64,000 nt of DNA from assembly GCA_964019335.1 (NCBI GenBank), contig OZ025763.1, positions 1 through 64,000 on the forward strand. Direction: 5' to 3'. A program made the translations under genes and the position numbers. The number at the start of each line of letters is the position of its first letter. The stretch's first letter is position 1. Shown piece by piece: positions 43,014 through 55,052 of the stretch. The stretch comes from Diplonema japonicum. Taxonomy: Eukaryota > Protista > Euglenozoa: Diplonemea. The notes beneath the pieces are model-generated. The model saw nothing but the letters and a program-made list of their open reading frames with translations, searched no databases and was not told where the DNA came from.

Positions 43014-44124
43014 GTTTTCCCTGCTCCCCTCTCCATTCCCATATTTCCTCTCCCCCCCCACCCCTCGGTGAAAAGATAAAAAATTAGTAATAATAAGTAA
43101 GTGGGGGAAAAAAAAAAGAAAAAAAGAAAAAAAAAAAACACTCTTTTTTGTAAACAACGAGCCTTTGGTTGGAAACCGTGGTTTACGGGTAAAAAAAATT
43201 CTCCTGCAGGCTTTACCCTAACATCGATGAACTGCCAGCGGGGGGGGGGGGGAGAAAAAGAAAGAAAGAAAGAAAAAGGAGAGCAGAGTGCATGGAAAAA
43301 AAAAGGCATTTTTTTCCCCTTTTTTGTTGTTGTTGCTAAGTTACTTTAAAGGCTTTTTTTTTTGTACTAAATGGTCCGATATACATTGCTCAAGTGAAAC
43401 TAAATTGGGAGGGGGGGGGGGGGGGAGAAAGAGAAGATTTCTGTCTTAAAAAAAATAAAGAAAAGTATTTCAATTTTTTTTTTCCCCTTCAGATTTCGAC
43501 TTGGTTCCCTTCTTTTTTTTTTTAAAAGAAAAATGAGGTATCGTGGCAAAAAAAAAAATTTTTTTTAAATACCAGTGTGTTCCCTTTCCTTTTTTTTTTT
43601 CTCTTCTTCTTTTTCTTTTTGGTGGTTCTCAGGAATTCGCCCGAGATATTATTTATTTCTCGGGGGGGGGGGGGGGGGTAAAAGAGCGCTTGATAGAAAA
43701 TGCCAACCCTCCTGGTTACAGACGGATATTCTCTCTCCTCCTTTTTTCCTGCGCTGGGTGAAATGCCTAAAATTCAGCGCGAGCACCCCCCCCCTTTTAA
43801 AAAGATTATTTGGCAATCTTTCTAAATTGAACGGGGGGAAGGGAGGCACTCCAAAATATGCTAACCACCCTTTTTTATTCTTATTACTCACCACCTTTTT
43901 TTTTTTCTTTTTTAGTACTCTCACCACTTTTCTTTTTTCTTCCCAAATACTATTTTTTATGCTAAGTACCCCCCCCCCCCCCCCCCCCCCACCCCCTCCT
44001 AACTTTCCCACCAAAAGAAATGTTGAGTAAAAAAAAAAAAAAAAAAAAAAAAAGCTAAATTTGCTTGAACCAAACGATGATAGCACCCTCTCCCCCCCCC
44101 CCCCCTTGAAACGAAATATTTTTT

Positions 44125-44324
44125 NNNNNNNNNNNNNNNNNNNNNNNNNNNNNNNNNNNNNNNNNNNNNNNNNNNNNNNNNNNNNNNNNNNNNNNNNNNN
44201 NNNNNNNNNNNNNNNNNNNNNNNNNNNNNNNNNNNNNNNNNNNNNNNNNNNNNNNNNNNNNNNNNNNNNNNNNNNNNNNNNNNNNNNNNNNNNNNNNNNN
44301 NNNNNNNNNNNNNNNNNNNNNNNN
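44125..44324. other. Assembly gap (200 N)
   Basis: Run of N. Confidence 1.
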
Positions 44325-44331
44325 AACAAAA

Positions 44332-44446
44332 ATGGCTTTAGTATGTTGCCAACCTGTGGGGAAGCTGATGTGCCCCGAAGACAGGCCTTCTCCCATTTTT
44401 ACGGTGTTCGCGGTCATTATAAACCTGGCAACAGCGGTATGTTAGG

Positions 44447-44519
<73 letters not shown>

Positions 44520-45471
44520 CAACTCTATTTTTTTTTTAAAGGTAATTGCAGCGGCTTACGCCGTCTCAAGTGAGGCAAAGGACTGTGTGGAGAGCAAGAT
44601 GAAAACCTGGATGTGGATAGCGATGATGATCTGCCTGGTCAATATAGGGTTTGCAATATATTTATACTGGCGTGTGTGCTCAAAGGTGAAGGAGATGGGA
44701 ATCGTAAGTGCGGTCTGGAAGTATGTCAGAATATATATAAAAAAAAAAAAAAAAAAAAAAAATCCTCACAGATTATTCCTATACGACATAGGGGTGTGCC
44801 TGTACATGATGTTCTTTATCTTCATGATTGTGTGGTGCGGTGTGGGGGGTAACCATGCTGACTCGGCCGACGACGACCCCACCAACCCCGACAAGCCTTG
44901 CGACACCATGTCAGACAGGATACGAACTGTTGTCGGGCTGCTGATAGCGTACATGGTCGTGGGGGGCTTCTTGCTTTGCTTCAGTACTATGACTGAATGT
45001 TGCAGGGAGCCAAGGTGGAAACAGAACAACCAGCAGCAGCAGCACCACCCACACCCACAGGCAGCGCCCGCTTCTGGCGGTGGGTTCTCTTCGTTATGGC
45101 CGTTTGGGAAGAAGAACCAGCAGCAGGCAGCAGCGCAGCCCCACGGTCAGGTACAGATGCAGCCCCAACAGCAAGCAGGTTACCCTCCGCAGCAGGCGTA
45201 CCCCCAGCAGCAGCAGCAACAGTACCCTCCCCAGCAAGCTGCTTACCCTCCACAGCAAGCGGGTTACCCTCCACAGCAGGGTGAGTACCCTCCTCAGCAA
45301 GTGGCTTACCCTCCACAGCAAGCTGATTACCCTCCACAGCAGTACCCTCAGCAAAGTTACCCTCAGCAGCAACAGCAGCAGCAGCAGCCGCCTCAACAGA
45401 AATCAATGGCAGAGAAGGTTGGACATAGTATTGGTACGGGTATTGGGAAGCTGGTCGGGGGCAAAAAGTAG
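44332..45471 (+). CDS. Four-TM membrane protein with (YPPQQ)n Gln/Pro-rich C-terminal tail, 3 exons
   Basis: Exon 44332-44436 (MALVCCQP...), intron 44437-44541 containing (CA)n, exon to 44720, A-rich intron 44721-44771, exon to TAG 45471. The true start could lie in the gap. Confidence 0.75.
44451..44513. repeat. (CA)n microsatellite inside an intron
   Basis: Visible dinucleotide run. Confidence 0.9.
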
Positions 45472-45487
45472 TGATGAAAAGGAAAAT

Positions 45488-45518
<31 letters not shown>

Positions 45519-46171
45519 GATGGTGTGCTCCTCCCCACTCTCTCCCCCTCACTTACTTGTTTTACTTACTTGTACCCTTCTCTGAGTCCTCGATAGCAAC
45601 TGATACCCACACTGCACATACTTTTTCTTTTCTTTTTGTTTAAAAGAAGACGAGGGGGAAGGAGTGATAAGGGTGGGATTTTTTCTTTTTTTTTTTTCGT
45701 TCTTGTTTCCGTTTATATTTACCCCCCCCCCCCGCCCTGTTTTCCCCCCCTCTTTTTTCTGTTCTTCTTGAGTTTTGTTAGGCATGGGGATGAACGAAAA
45801 AAAAAAAAAGAGTTTGAAAAAAAAAAAAAGGAAGTATAGTAATCTTCCCCCGCCACCCCTCCTTTTTTTTTACGTGGCCAATGTGTCAAAAATATTCAAG
45901 TGATGCAATACTTTATCTTTGTAATAATGCCTGAAACAGAAGGGGGTAAAAAAAGTAAGAAGAAAAAAAAAAGGGGGGGATACAAAAAAAAACTACCATC
46001 GGTTGCAGGAGATTCGTGGAATGAGGTACTCCCCCCCCCCGTTTTTTCTTTTCGTTTCCCCCCCCATAATTCTATCTTTTTGATGTGCCATCCCTCTTTT
46101 TTTTCTATAGTAGTACTTACTTCCGTTCTTTGAAAAAGAATAAAAAAAAAAGATTTCTCTTTTTATTTTTA

Positions 46172-46615
46172 CCGAAATGCTGGCTGAGAACAAGGACAAA
46201 TTCGCACATGTAGTGCGAGAAAAGCTAAGGTCGGGACGTGCGGAGCACATACAAGACAGCAGACGCTCGATGGAGGGGCTAGACCGGGGCGCAGACCCAC
46301 GCACAAACGACCTGTGGCGAGAGCAGGTCAGAGGCAAGCGGATCTTCCCAGCGGAGAGCCAGAAGAACCACGCGCTCAGAACCATAGGTGCGAAGAAGAG
46401 TCTGGGATGGAACAGAAGGCCAGTTTTTGCATCAGAGAAAACCAAGAAGGACCTTAAGAAACTGGGCAGGAAGTGGCAAGAAGAAAGAGAGGATACTTTG
46501 AGAAAGGCAACACAGCCAAAAAAGAAAGAAAGGCCGAGGCCCCAGAAGGGAGAAAGGGGTAGATAAGTAGAGACAAGGGGGACGTTCCAAGACAGGAACC
46601 TCCTTTATCTTTTTC
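46172..46615 (+). pseudogene. Internally deleted remnant of a related non-LTR retroelement (RT ORF C-terminus + 3' UTR)
   Basis: 'GLDRGADPRTNDLWR' and 'IGAKKSLGWNRRPVFAS' align with 'GLGEGADPKTNDLWR' and 'IGGKAAIGFNRRPIFAS' of the RT ORF; roughly 250 aa between them are missing. Confidence 0.8.
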
Positions 46616-46682
46616 TGGTAAAACCCTCACACATAAAAACAACAGAGTGGCGCGGGAAAAAAAAAAAAAAAAAAAAAAAAAA

Positions 46683-47521
46683 ATGACTTTAGCAGTTGAG
46701 AATGCCGTCAAGCGCAAGAGGTCTCGAGTAGAAGACGATGATGATGAGGAAGAAATTATAATAGTGAAGTCTACTGCGCCGAAGAGGAGGAAGAAGCGAG
46801 CGAGCAGCAGTGAGAGCGAAAACTCTTCTTCATCAGACGAATCCAGCGAAGAGCCCCAACGCCGCAAGACCACGAAACACAAAGCGGACCCCTTCAAGAC
46901 ACACGCGTTCAAGCCAAACTCCAAGCAGTCAACTCCCACCCCTAAAACAACCGCATCTGTAAAACCCAAAGAAAGACCCCCTTTGAAACAAGGCGCTAAT
47001 GTATTCAATTGCTCCGGCAATGGCGCCGCCGTTCTCCGTATGCTTGCATATGACAGGAAGAACCCTGACAAATGCAAACACTTCAACCCCATGGACAAGC
47101 GTCTCCTTGCAATCGCAAGAGGTTCGGAAGAAAAGGAAGAAGAAGAAAAGGTAGTAATCGTCGGGGAAAAGGAAAAGGAAGAGGAAAAGGAGGCAAAGGT
47201 AGTGGTTGTTGAAGAAGTTGAACACGAGAAGAAAGAGAAAGAGGTTGTTGCAGAGGCACCTGCGAAGGAAGAACCTGTGAAAATTGCTGCCCCAACTCAG
47301 GATTCCAAGAGCTTTCCCGTATGGACATTGATGAGAAGCCGGCGTTCGAGATCCAGCAGCAGGCCATCGATGCCGAAACTGTTGCCCCTGTTCGTGTTCC
47401 TGTCCCTGCCGCCCCTGTCCGGCACGCAATGCCCTCGCAGCCGACCCCAAAGAAGGCAAAGAAACCAGCTCCAAAGGTGCCCAACCAGAGGTGTATCACC
47501 TCGTTCTTCAAGAAAAACTGA
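46683..47521 (+). CDS. Low-complexity nuclear protein with C-terminal PCNA-binding PIP box (apparent 1-nt frameshift near 47305)
   Basis: Basic NLS-like clusters and a Glu/Lys tract. One extra base at GATTCCAAGAG joins the frame ending 'NQRCITSFFKKN*' (QxxIxxFF). Confidence 0.6.
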
Positions 47522-48127
47522 CGTTATTGAGAATTTCTTTTTCTTTTTTTTTCTTTTTTTTTTTCCAATCTTTCGTTTATATTGTACTTTTCCCTGTGGA
47601 CGCCCGTGCTGGTGGAGTGCTGTGGTGAAGGCGACATTGAGGTGCAGATCATGCAGTTCACCACTGGTAGAGTTCAACGACCAGTCCTTCCTCAGGGGTT
47701 GCTCAACCCCCCTCCCCACTCCCGTGTTAGAACTGTAGAAAAAAAGCCCCCCCCCGGCTCTTATGCATTGTAAACCCGAGTCTTTTTTTTTCTCCTTTTA
47801 TTTTTTCTCGCTTTTCATTTTTTTGGAACCAGGGCATCTCATTCATTCTTTTGGAAGCCTATGTACTGTGGCGGAACCTCGGAAGCTGCAGCCAGCCCGG
47901 GCTGATCAGCGGATAACGTTGGTATGAAGCAGGCGGCTTATACTCCGATAAATGCCCCCCCTCCCCTCCCCCCCCCCCCCCTCCCCCTCCCCATAACTGT
48001 AGTGTACAGATCTTTTTTATTTGGTTACTTATTTTTCCCCCTGTATAGCGCTTTAACTCCCCCCCTTCCCCTTCTTCTCTTTTTTTTCTTATTGTTAGCA
48101 CTTTACACGCCCCTGACAGGATGTGTG

Positions 48128-51100
48128 ATGGTTCTGCGATGGTGCGTGTTGCTGTGCCTGCTGAGTGGCGTGCTTGGTGGGTACAACACAAGCTGTGTTC
48201 TAAGTGACTGCGGTGGCACGAACAAGGCCGTGTCTGTATCCGGCATCCTCGGGACGGGGTGTGTCTGTGGATGTCTGAATCAGTGGAGCGGCGCAACATG
48301 CAACACATGCCCATCGCAGTACACAGGAGCACAGTGCAACAAGTGCAAAAGCGGCAGAGTCAACTACCCTGCGTGCACGCTGTGCAATGAGGCTCTCGTC
48401 CCAGGGGGAACATGCAACGGGAAGGGGAACGGGGGTTTCAACTCCGACGGTGTGACATGCACATCCTGCAAGTGCATTTCCGGCTACATCGGGATCAACT
48501 GTGACGAGTGCTCCAATGGGTGGATTGGGTACCCCACGTGCACACAGTGCAGCAAAGCAACCCACTGCAGCGATCATGCCGACTCTGTCGCCTCCGATGC
48601 CCTCAAAACAGCTTGTGTTTGCAACTGCAGAAACAGCTGGGGATCCTCTGACTGCAGTGTCTGCCCGGTGTCCTACGACAGCACCGACCCTGGCGACGAT
48701 TGCGGGCAATGCGCCACCGGCTACAAGGACTACGGCTTGAGCCCTCCCCCTGGTGCTTGCACCCTTTGCACAGGGTTCCCTTCCCGCACAGTGGGCGGGA
48801 CTTGTAACATGCATGAAGACGATGTTGTCTCGGCGGACGACCATCTGAGTTGCAAGTGCGACTGCACCAACGGCTACACCGGCGCCACCTGCGATTCGTG
48901 CAGAGCAGGTTGGATCGCCTACCCGAATTGCTTGCAGTGCACCTCTGCCGCGCACTGCAGCGGCCATGGGAAGACAGTGACGGACGACGGTACACGTACC
49001 TCATGCATGTGCGTGGCGTGCCACAACCAGTGGACAGGTACGCTGTGCAACGTCTGCGACCCTATCTACGAGCAGACTTCCTGCAAATCGTGTGCTGCCA
49101 ACCGTGTCGACTACCCCACCTGTGACGAGTGTGACATCTCGCAATGCAACGGGCACGGCGTGTCCATATCACCAGAGGCAAAGAAAAGGTTCTGCGTGTG
49201 TGTGTGCGATGCTGGCTGGGATGTCAAGAGTGAGTGCGCGACGTGCATCAACGGGAACTACTTGCAGGGGGGGAACTGTGTGGCGTGCGACGACACCAAC
49301 TGGTGCAACGACGCGGGCACGGCAACCGACTCGGGGACAGGGTGCTCTTGCGTGTGTAACATAGGTACTGCCGGAGTGACTTGTACCTCATGCATGGCAG
49401 GATTTACAGGCTTCCCCAACTGCAGGCTGATAACACCCACCCTCTCTCTCACTATCTCTGAGTCCCTCACACACACATTCTCCATAACTATGTCACTTTC
49501 TATGACACGCACCGTGAGTGCATCCCTCACCCCGACCATCAGTTCAACACCGACTGACTCGATCACTCCTACTGTCTCTGTTTCCCTCACTCCAACTTTT
49601 TCTCTGACGGAGAGCATAACAGTCACCACAACGGGTACAGACAGCCCGACACCAACCTTCACCCTCACCAGTACTGTTTCTGTGACTCCCACAAGCACCG
49701 CAAGTCTGACGCAGACTATCTCGGCAACGCCGACGGTGTCTGTGACGCGCACAGCGACAGCCACCCCAACAAGCACTCCCTCCTTGACTGAGACGGCCAC
49801 GAGCAGCAAGACGGAGTCTGTTACACTCACAAACACAGTCTCGCTTACGTTCTGGGTGACCCCCACTAGGACACCTACCGCGTCGCTGACCGTCACCCCT
49901 TCCTTGACGCAATCAGAGTCGGTCACAGTCAGCATGACCAAGAGTGTGACAGGGACAGCGACCGAGAGTGCCACCGTCAGCGTGACGGGGACCTCCACGC
50001 CAACGGCTTCTGCCACCTTTACGGATACAAACACAGCAACAGAAACTGCTTCCATCACGTTGAGCGTAACAGGGACAAGCACGCCAAGCAGCACGTTCAC
50101 CCCCTCCTTGACAGACACAGTGTCTCAGACTGCCACTGTCTCCAGTACGCTGACGGCAACAGAAACAACGAGCGACACGGCAACGCCGACCCACACTGCA
50201 TCGCTGACACGCACGGAGACGCTTTCACGCACTGCGACAGATACTAAGACGGGCACCGGGACCGCGACTGTCACAGGCACAGGAACTGCTTCGCTAACTT
50301 TAACGAACACCACAAGCGTGACCGTGTCGCTGACGCCGCCGCCGACGCCCACGCCGACACCTTCTCTGACTGAGACAAACACTACATCGCCTTCCCTCAC
50401 CACAAGCAGATCCCTTACCCTTTCAGTGACAAACACTGCCACCAGCAGTTTAAGTGTTACACATTCTATAACTCCTACCTTGACAGAGACGATGCCTCTG
50501 CCCACCCCAACCGCTACACTGGGCACACCGACTGCGACGGTCACCAAGAACGTGACTGAGACAGAGACGCCCAGCCGGACATCCACACCCACCCCTTCTC
50601 CCACCATAACGCCCACGTCAACGCTCCCAATCACGAACACTGCGACAGTGGAGCTCAAGCCGAAGGCGACGCTAAAGGAGAAGGTTAAGGGTTTGGAGGA
50701 AACGACGAGTGTGGGCACGCCGCTGGCATTGGGTTCAGCGTTGGTAGGAGGCACCTCTGCTGCGGGGCTGGCGAAGCTGGCAGTGGTGAAGAACATGGAC
50801 TGTCAGGTGGACGACGTGGACCTCAACGGGACGCAGCCGCTGGACCTAGAGTACCACCCGCTGCGCTTCCCCATCGGCGACCACGCGCAGAAGTACTTCG
50901 TAGGCGCGGTGATCATGAACCCGATCCTCGTGGGGGTGTGCCTCCTGATCCCATACCTCATAGCCGTCGCGGAAATGCACTTTGTAAAAACACCGAAGAA
51001 CGAAGCCCTTGCGCACCTGAGGGTCATGAGCGTGGCGTACATCCCGTTGTTGTTCCTGATGCAGGGCACGACGCTGGCGGGGAGCAACCTTCTTTTCTTC

Positions 51101-52270
51101 CCCTCCCGCGCCCCTACGGGCGCAGTAGTGTTGGGTGCCGTTGTACTAATCGCGTGCATATGCGTCCCTGGGGTTATATGGACGGCCATCTTGAGAAAAG
51201 ACAGTTTCAAGGCAACGGCGGTTCCGGACCCGAGGCTGGACCCACTGGTGGCAGAGGAGGTTGCAAAGTTCGGGAAGAAAGAGCAGCAGCTAGTAGGATG
51301 GAAGCGGAGCTTGTACATAGGGGTGTTCGGGACGGAGATCTGGGTCAGCTGCGACGGAGGCGACATGTACTTCGTGGAGAAGATGGGGCTTGTCTTCGAA
51401 CAGTTCAGAGAAGGGTATCACTGGTTTTGTTTGGTGGAGCTGACATGTATGATTTTGCTAGCGTTCCTAGCTGCATGGCAGACGTCGAATTCGGACGCTT
51501 GCCTGGCGAGAAATATTTTGATATGCTTGTTGTTGGGGGCTTTCATGCTGCTGTTGTTTTGGCTCGCTCCGTTTCAGTCCTTTCTGGACAATCTTGTAGG
51601 GAGGATCCTCGCGAGCTTCATGTTCTTCGCTGTGCTGTTCAACACCATCGCGTTGAGAATGGACCCGCGATCCGACGGCGCGGACACTCTGTTCGCAATG
51701 ACCGCTTTTCTGCTCCTCACGTCCGCCGTCCTCTTGATGGCGAAAACCTTTTACGACATTGTTCTATACCTCTTCGATGTCAAAATAGGAAGACGGAAAC
51801 GAGCTCAGGACGCTGCTAGAAAAGCTATGGAAACTCAAGACAGTCTTGTGGGGTGGGCGTACAAAGCCGCAGAGGAGGAGCTGATGGGGAGTTCCATGAG
51901 CCAAAAGTACGAGATAACACGGGTTTTATCAGAAGAAGAGATGGATGCGGACGATCAGTTAAGTAGAGCCGTTTCGAGCCGGTCGCTTCAGAGGCTAGAA
52001 GATACAGGTAGTCCGAGTGATTTTGGGAGTTTGAAGTTATTGCTCGGCAGGGATGTTTTTGGTGGGGCTACTTTGCGCAGTCCTGCTGTGAAGGCCACAG
52101 CTAGTGATGGTTTTCTGGGTACTCCTGTTCATAACCCTTTGCGGGCCTCGTCGTTTTCGTCGCCCAGCAGGAAGACAACGCTTGGACCGCCTGAATGGGG
52201 CAGTGGCAGCGGCTCCACTAATGCGCATGAGGATTTGTATTTCAGCAGGAAAAGAAGCACAAAAATATAA
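48128..52270 (+). CDS. Large surface protein: signal peptide, laminin-EGF-like repeats, Thr/Ser mucin stalk, multi-pass TM domain
   Basis: Signal 'MVLRWCVLLCLLSGVLG', repeated C-x-C..G..C..C..GY.GYP.C units, ~400-aa T/S-rich stalk and 7 or more hydrophobic helices. Confidence 0.85.
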   Translation: MVLRWCVLLCLLSGVLGGYNTSCVLSDCGGTNKAVSVSGILGTGCVCGCLNQWSGATCNTCPSQYTGAQCNKCKSGRVNYPACTLCNEALVPGGTCNGKGNGGFNSDGVTCTSCKCISGYIGINCDECSNGWIGYPTCTQCSKATHCSDHADSVASDALKTACVCNCRNSWGSSDCSVCPVSYDSTDPGDDCGQCATGYKDYGLSPPPGACTLCTGFPSRTVGGTCNMHEDDVVSADDHLSCKCDCTNGYTGATCDSCRAGWIAYPNCLQCTSAAHCSGHGKTVTDDGTRTSCMCVACHNQWTGTLCNVCDPIYEQTSCKSCAANRVDYPTCDECDISQCNGHGVSISPEAKKRFCVCVCDAGWDVKSECATCINGNYLQGGNCVACDDTNWCNDAGTATDSGTGCSCVCNIGTAGVTCTSCMAGFTGFPNCRLITPTLSLTISESLTHTFSITMSLSMTRTVSASLTPTISSTPTDSITPTVSVSLTPTFSLTESITVTTTGTDSPTPTFTLTSTVSVTPTSTASLTQTISATPTVSVTRTATATPTSTPSLTETATSSKTESVTLTNTVSLTFWVTPTRTPTASLTVTPSLTQSESVTVSMTKSVTGTATESATVSVTGTSTPTASATFTDTNTATETASITLSVTGTSTPSSTFTPSLTDTVSQTATVSSTLTATETTSDTATPTHTASLTRTETLSRTATDTKTGTGTATVTGTGTASLTLTNTTSVTVSLTPPPTPTPTPSLTETNTTSPSLTTSRSLTLSVTNTATSSLSVTHSITPTLTETMPLPTPTATLGTPTATVTKNVTETETPSRTSTPTPSPTITPTSTLPITNTATVELKPKATLKEKVKGLEETTSVGTPLALGSALVGGTSAAGLAKLAVVKNMDCQVDDVDLNGTQPLDLEYHPLRFPIGDHAQKYFVGAVIMNPILVGVCLLIPYLIAVAEMHFVKTPKNEALAHLRVMSVAYIPLLFLMQGTTLAGSNLLFFPSRAPTGAVVLGAVVLIACICVPGVIWTAILRKDSFKATAVPDPRLDPLVAEEVAKFGKKEQQLVGWKRSLYIGVFGTEIWVSCDGGDMYFVEKMGLVFEQFREGYHWFCLVELTCMILLAFLAAWQTSNSDACLARNILICLLLGAFMLLLFWLAPFQSFLDNLVGRILASFMFFAVLFNTIALRMDPRSDGADTLFAMTAFLLLTSAVLLMAKTFYDIVLYLFDVKIGRRKRAQDAARKAMETQDSLVGWAYKAAEEELMGSSMSQKYEITRVLSEEEMDADDQLSRAVSSRSLQRLEDTGSPSDFGSLKLLLGRDVFGGATLRSPAVKATASDGFLGTPVHNPLRASSFSSPSRKTTLGPPEWGSGSGSTNAHEDLYFSRKRSTKI

Positions 52271-52415
52271 TGAGATCGGGGAAGGGGTTTTTTTTTTTTT
52301 TTTTTTTTTATATTCTTCTTTAAAGGGCCCTGCGCTTGGATGTGCAGGTTTTCTCTTTTTTTTATTTTTTTTTTTTTTATTTCTCGTTTTTTTGTTTGAG
52401 CGTATGTATGAACTA

Positions 52416-52451
<36 letters not shown>

Positions 52452-52716
52452 AATTGTTGTTTTTTTTTAAGAAATTCTTTTTTTTTTTTGTTTCTCCCTC
52501 CCCCTTCTGATACCAAACTTAATTGACAATTATCGGGGGGAAGTACAAAAAAAAAAAAAAGAAAAAGAAAAAAACCCTGTGACATATAGGAATTCTGAAA
52601 ATGTAAAGAAGCCGTATTTTTGTTTTAAAAAAAAAAAACTCTTTTTTTTTTTTAAAAAAGAAAATAAGAAATATAAAAAAAACTCTTGTTGTCTATTGAT
52701 TTGAAAAGGAAAAGAA

Positions 52717-53122
52717 TAGCTATTTTTTATTTGCCAACAAATTATGAGTCATTATTTAACTCGAGTTCCCCGAATTTTTTTGCACGAGGGTCCGCACAAA
52801 AAAAAAAAAACGGTAACGAGTGTTAAATAATGGCTCATTTGGCGGCAAGTAAGTCGTTTTATTTTACTCTTCGTCATTTGAGTCACTCACTCTTCACTGC
52901 TTTCACTGCTGTTTTTTTTTTTTCACGCAGGTCAGCTTTTCTTTGGGCATTTTCCTAAGGTAATACGAGGTAGCTATTTCGCCGTGGCATTTAAAGGGGA
53001 AGTAAAGCACTTATTCCCACTTTTAAGGGCCGAAAAGGCCTCAGATGGCCAAAAATAGTCAAAATACCCCATCCCCCAAAAAAAGACGAATTTTAACTAG
53101 TTAATTGACGAAGGTGAAATAA
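52717..53122 (-). mobile_element. Hairpin/sub-TIR element family 1, copy C (partly deleted)
   Basis: Reverse-complement match to 13640-13979 plus a remnant of the left end. Confidence 0.75.
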
Positions 53123-54003
53123 AAAAAAAAAAGAAAAAAAAGGAAAAAGAACTGAAACCAGTAGGTTCGGTGTTGATTTATATAAGGCGAACTGGAGGGT
53201 GAAGAGATTGAGCAGCAAGGGAGTTTTAAAAAAAAACAAAACAAAACAAAACAAAAAAAAAAAAAAAAACAAGGGTAGGATACCTTTCTCTCTTAAAAGT
53301 TGCTCCTCTCACCATACCAGAGCCAATCCCCCCCCCCCCAAAAAGGTTTCAAGATTTTCTTTCATTTTGTTGTTCAAAAACAAAAAAAAAACAAAACAAA
53401 AAACCGTAAAAAATCTCTTATAGAGCAACATGCTGTTTGTAATGAAATGACTCATGTAAGCTTCAAGGGCAGACCCGGCCAAAGGTGTTGCTGCCCCCTT
53501 TCAAAAAAAAATACAGAATTTTTCTTTTGGATGGAAACAAAAGAGGGAAAATCGATACCCCCCCCCCCCCCCCCCCCCCTTCTGAACGTGAAAAAAAAAC
53601 TGTAAAAAAGAGGGGGAAAATATCTGGGGGAAGAAAAGGGCGGAAATCCCCTCCCCCCCCCCCCCCCCCCCTGGTAAAGGTTCTCCCTGGCCTTTTTATT
53701 ACAGTATCAAAAACAAAATAAAATAAAAAAAAACCGAACATTTTGTGGTTGTGAACCGGTAACTTTCCCTTTTTTTTTTTAAAAAACAAGAAAGAAATCC
53801 ACTATTCTGTCACCACAACAAAAAAAAAGAAAATCTCAAAGAATAAAAAAAAGAAGGAAAAAAAAAAAGAAAAACATAAAGAAGCTAAGCGTACGTGACC
53901 CCTTTTTTTTTTTTTTTTTTTTTGTTACAAATATTTTATCTTTCAAAAAACTTGTGCCGAGCAAAAGACTTTTTTGCTCGTGCGGACTACAATTCTTTTT
54001 TTG

Positions 54004-54040
54004 AGGCGTCCTGCCACATACCGCAGGTACCCTTAAATGT

Positions 54041-54043
<3 letters not shown>
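54004..54043. repeat. ~40-bp dispersed repeat (also 61974-62013; diverged at ~56286 and ~21362)
   Basis: AGGCGTCCTGYCACATACCGCAGGTACCCTTAAATGTCTC followed by poly-T; 39/40 identical between the two best copies. Confidence 0.7.
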
Positions 54044-54088
<45 letters not shown>

Positions 54089-54091
54089 CAA

Positions 54092-54225
54092 GGTGGTGGG
54101 GATAACATGAAAATATAAGAAAAACATCAGATGTGTTGTTCGCTGTTGACCTCCTCGTCGGTCATCACCGGTAGCGCCCGAGTGGAAGAACGTAACGCGG
54201 ATGCTCAGGGTGACGAACAGGCAGC
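54092..54225 (+). ncRNA. HDV-like self-cleaving ribozyme, copy 2
   Basis: P1, P2, P3, L3, P1.1 and J4/2 are identical to copy 1 (catalytic C at 54214); substitutions fall only in the J1/2 and P4 loops. Confidence 0.8.
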
Positions 54226-54414
54226 AAACTGCACGAGCGCAGAATCTTGGTTACCTGGGACGCACCGGCTAGGGTTGAGCACACCGCACGCATTAAGGAC
54301 ACGACGCGGAACGCAGAAGAAGCTACTGCTCGGCCAGCGCCCCCTGTAATCAAGTAGGTAGTTCGTGCTTCATTGCACGCTTAACGCCACCTAGTGTTGC
54401 AATCAAAGCCCCAT
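54092..54414 (+). mobile_element. ~325-nt non-coding SINE/SIDE-like element, copy 2
   Basis: Near-identical to 41374-41700 with the same 5' and 3' boundaries; T-tract flanks. Confidence 0.8.
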
Positions 54415-55015
54415 TTTCTTTTTTCTTTTTGCGAGAGTCTCCCCCCTCTAAGATTTCTTCTTGTATTAATACCAATAGACCTTAAGAAGACCAAGGATTG
54501 AAAAAAAAAGAAAAAAAAAGGAGGGGGAGAAGAATGAAAAATAAAAATAAAGAAATTCTCCTCTCCAAAAGATAGTGTGCCCCTAGCTCCTTCCTCGTGA
54601 AAATTTTTTATCATTGCTACTTCGAACCCCCTCCCCCCTCCTTACACCCTTCATGCAGGACCTCGGGAATGATAACAAAGAAGGGGGGGGGGGGGGGGGG
54701 GCAGAGCTAAGTGAAGAAGAACACGAGGGAATCTGCCCATTTCGTCCCTTTCCACCCCCTCCATTTTTTTTTTTTTTTTGCATGTAGTTTTTCTCACTTC
54801 GAAACGCATTTCCACCCCCTATTTTTTTTTTTTTTTTGTTCTAACTAATTTGGTAGGCACTCCTGGCAGGGGTGTTTGCCAAAAATTCGTCCAGCCTCTC
54901 TTATTATTATATGGTAACCAGGAACAAAGGAAGGCAGAGGGGGGCAGACCACGTGATGGGCCCATAGTGCTAAACTCACAGTTTTAACCCTCCCCTCTTT
55001 TTTTTTTTTATCTAT

Positions 55016-55052
<37 letters not shown>

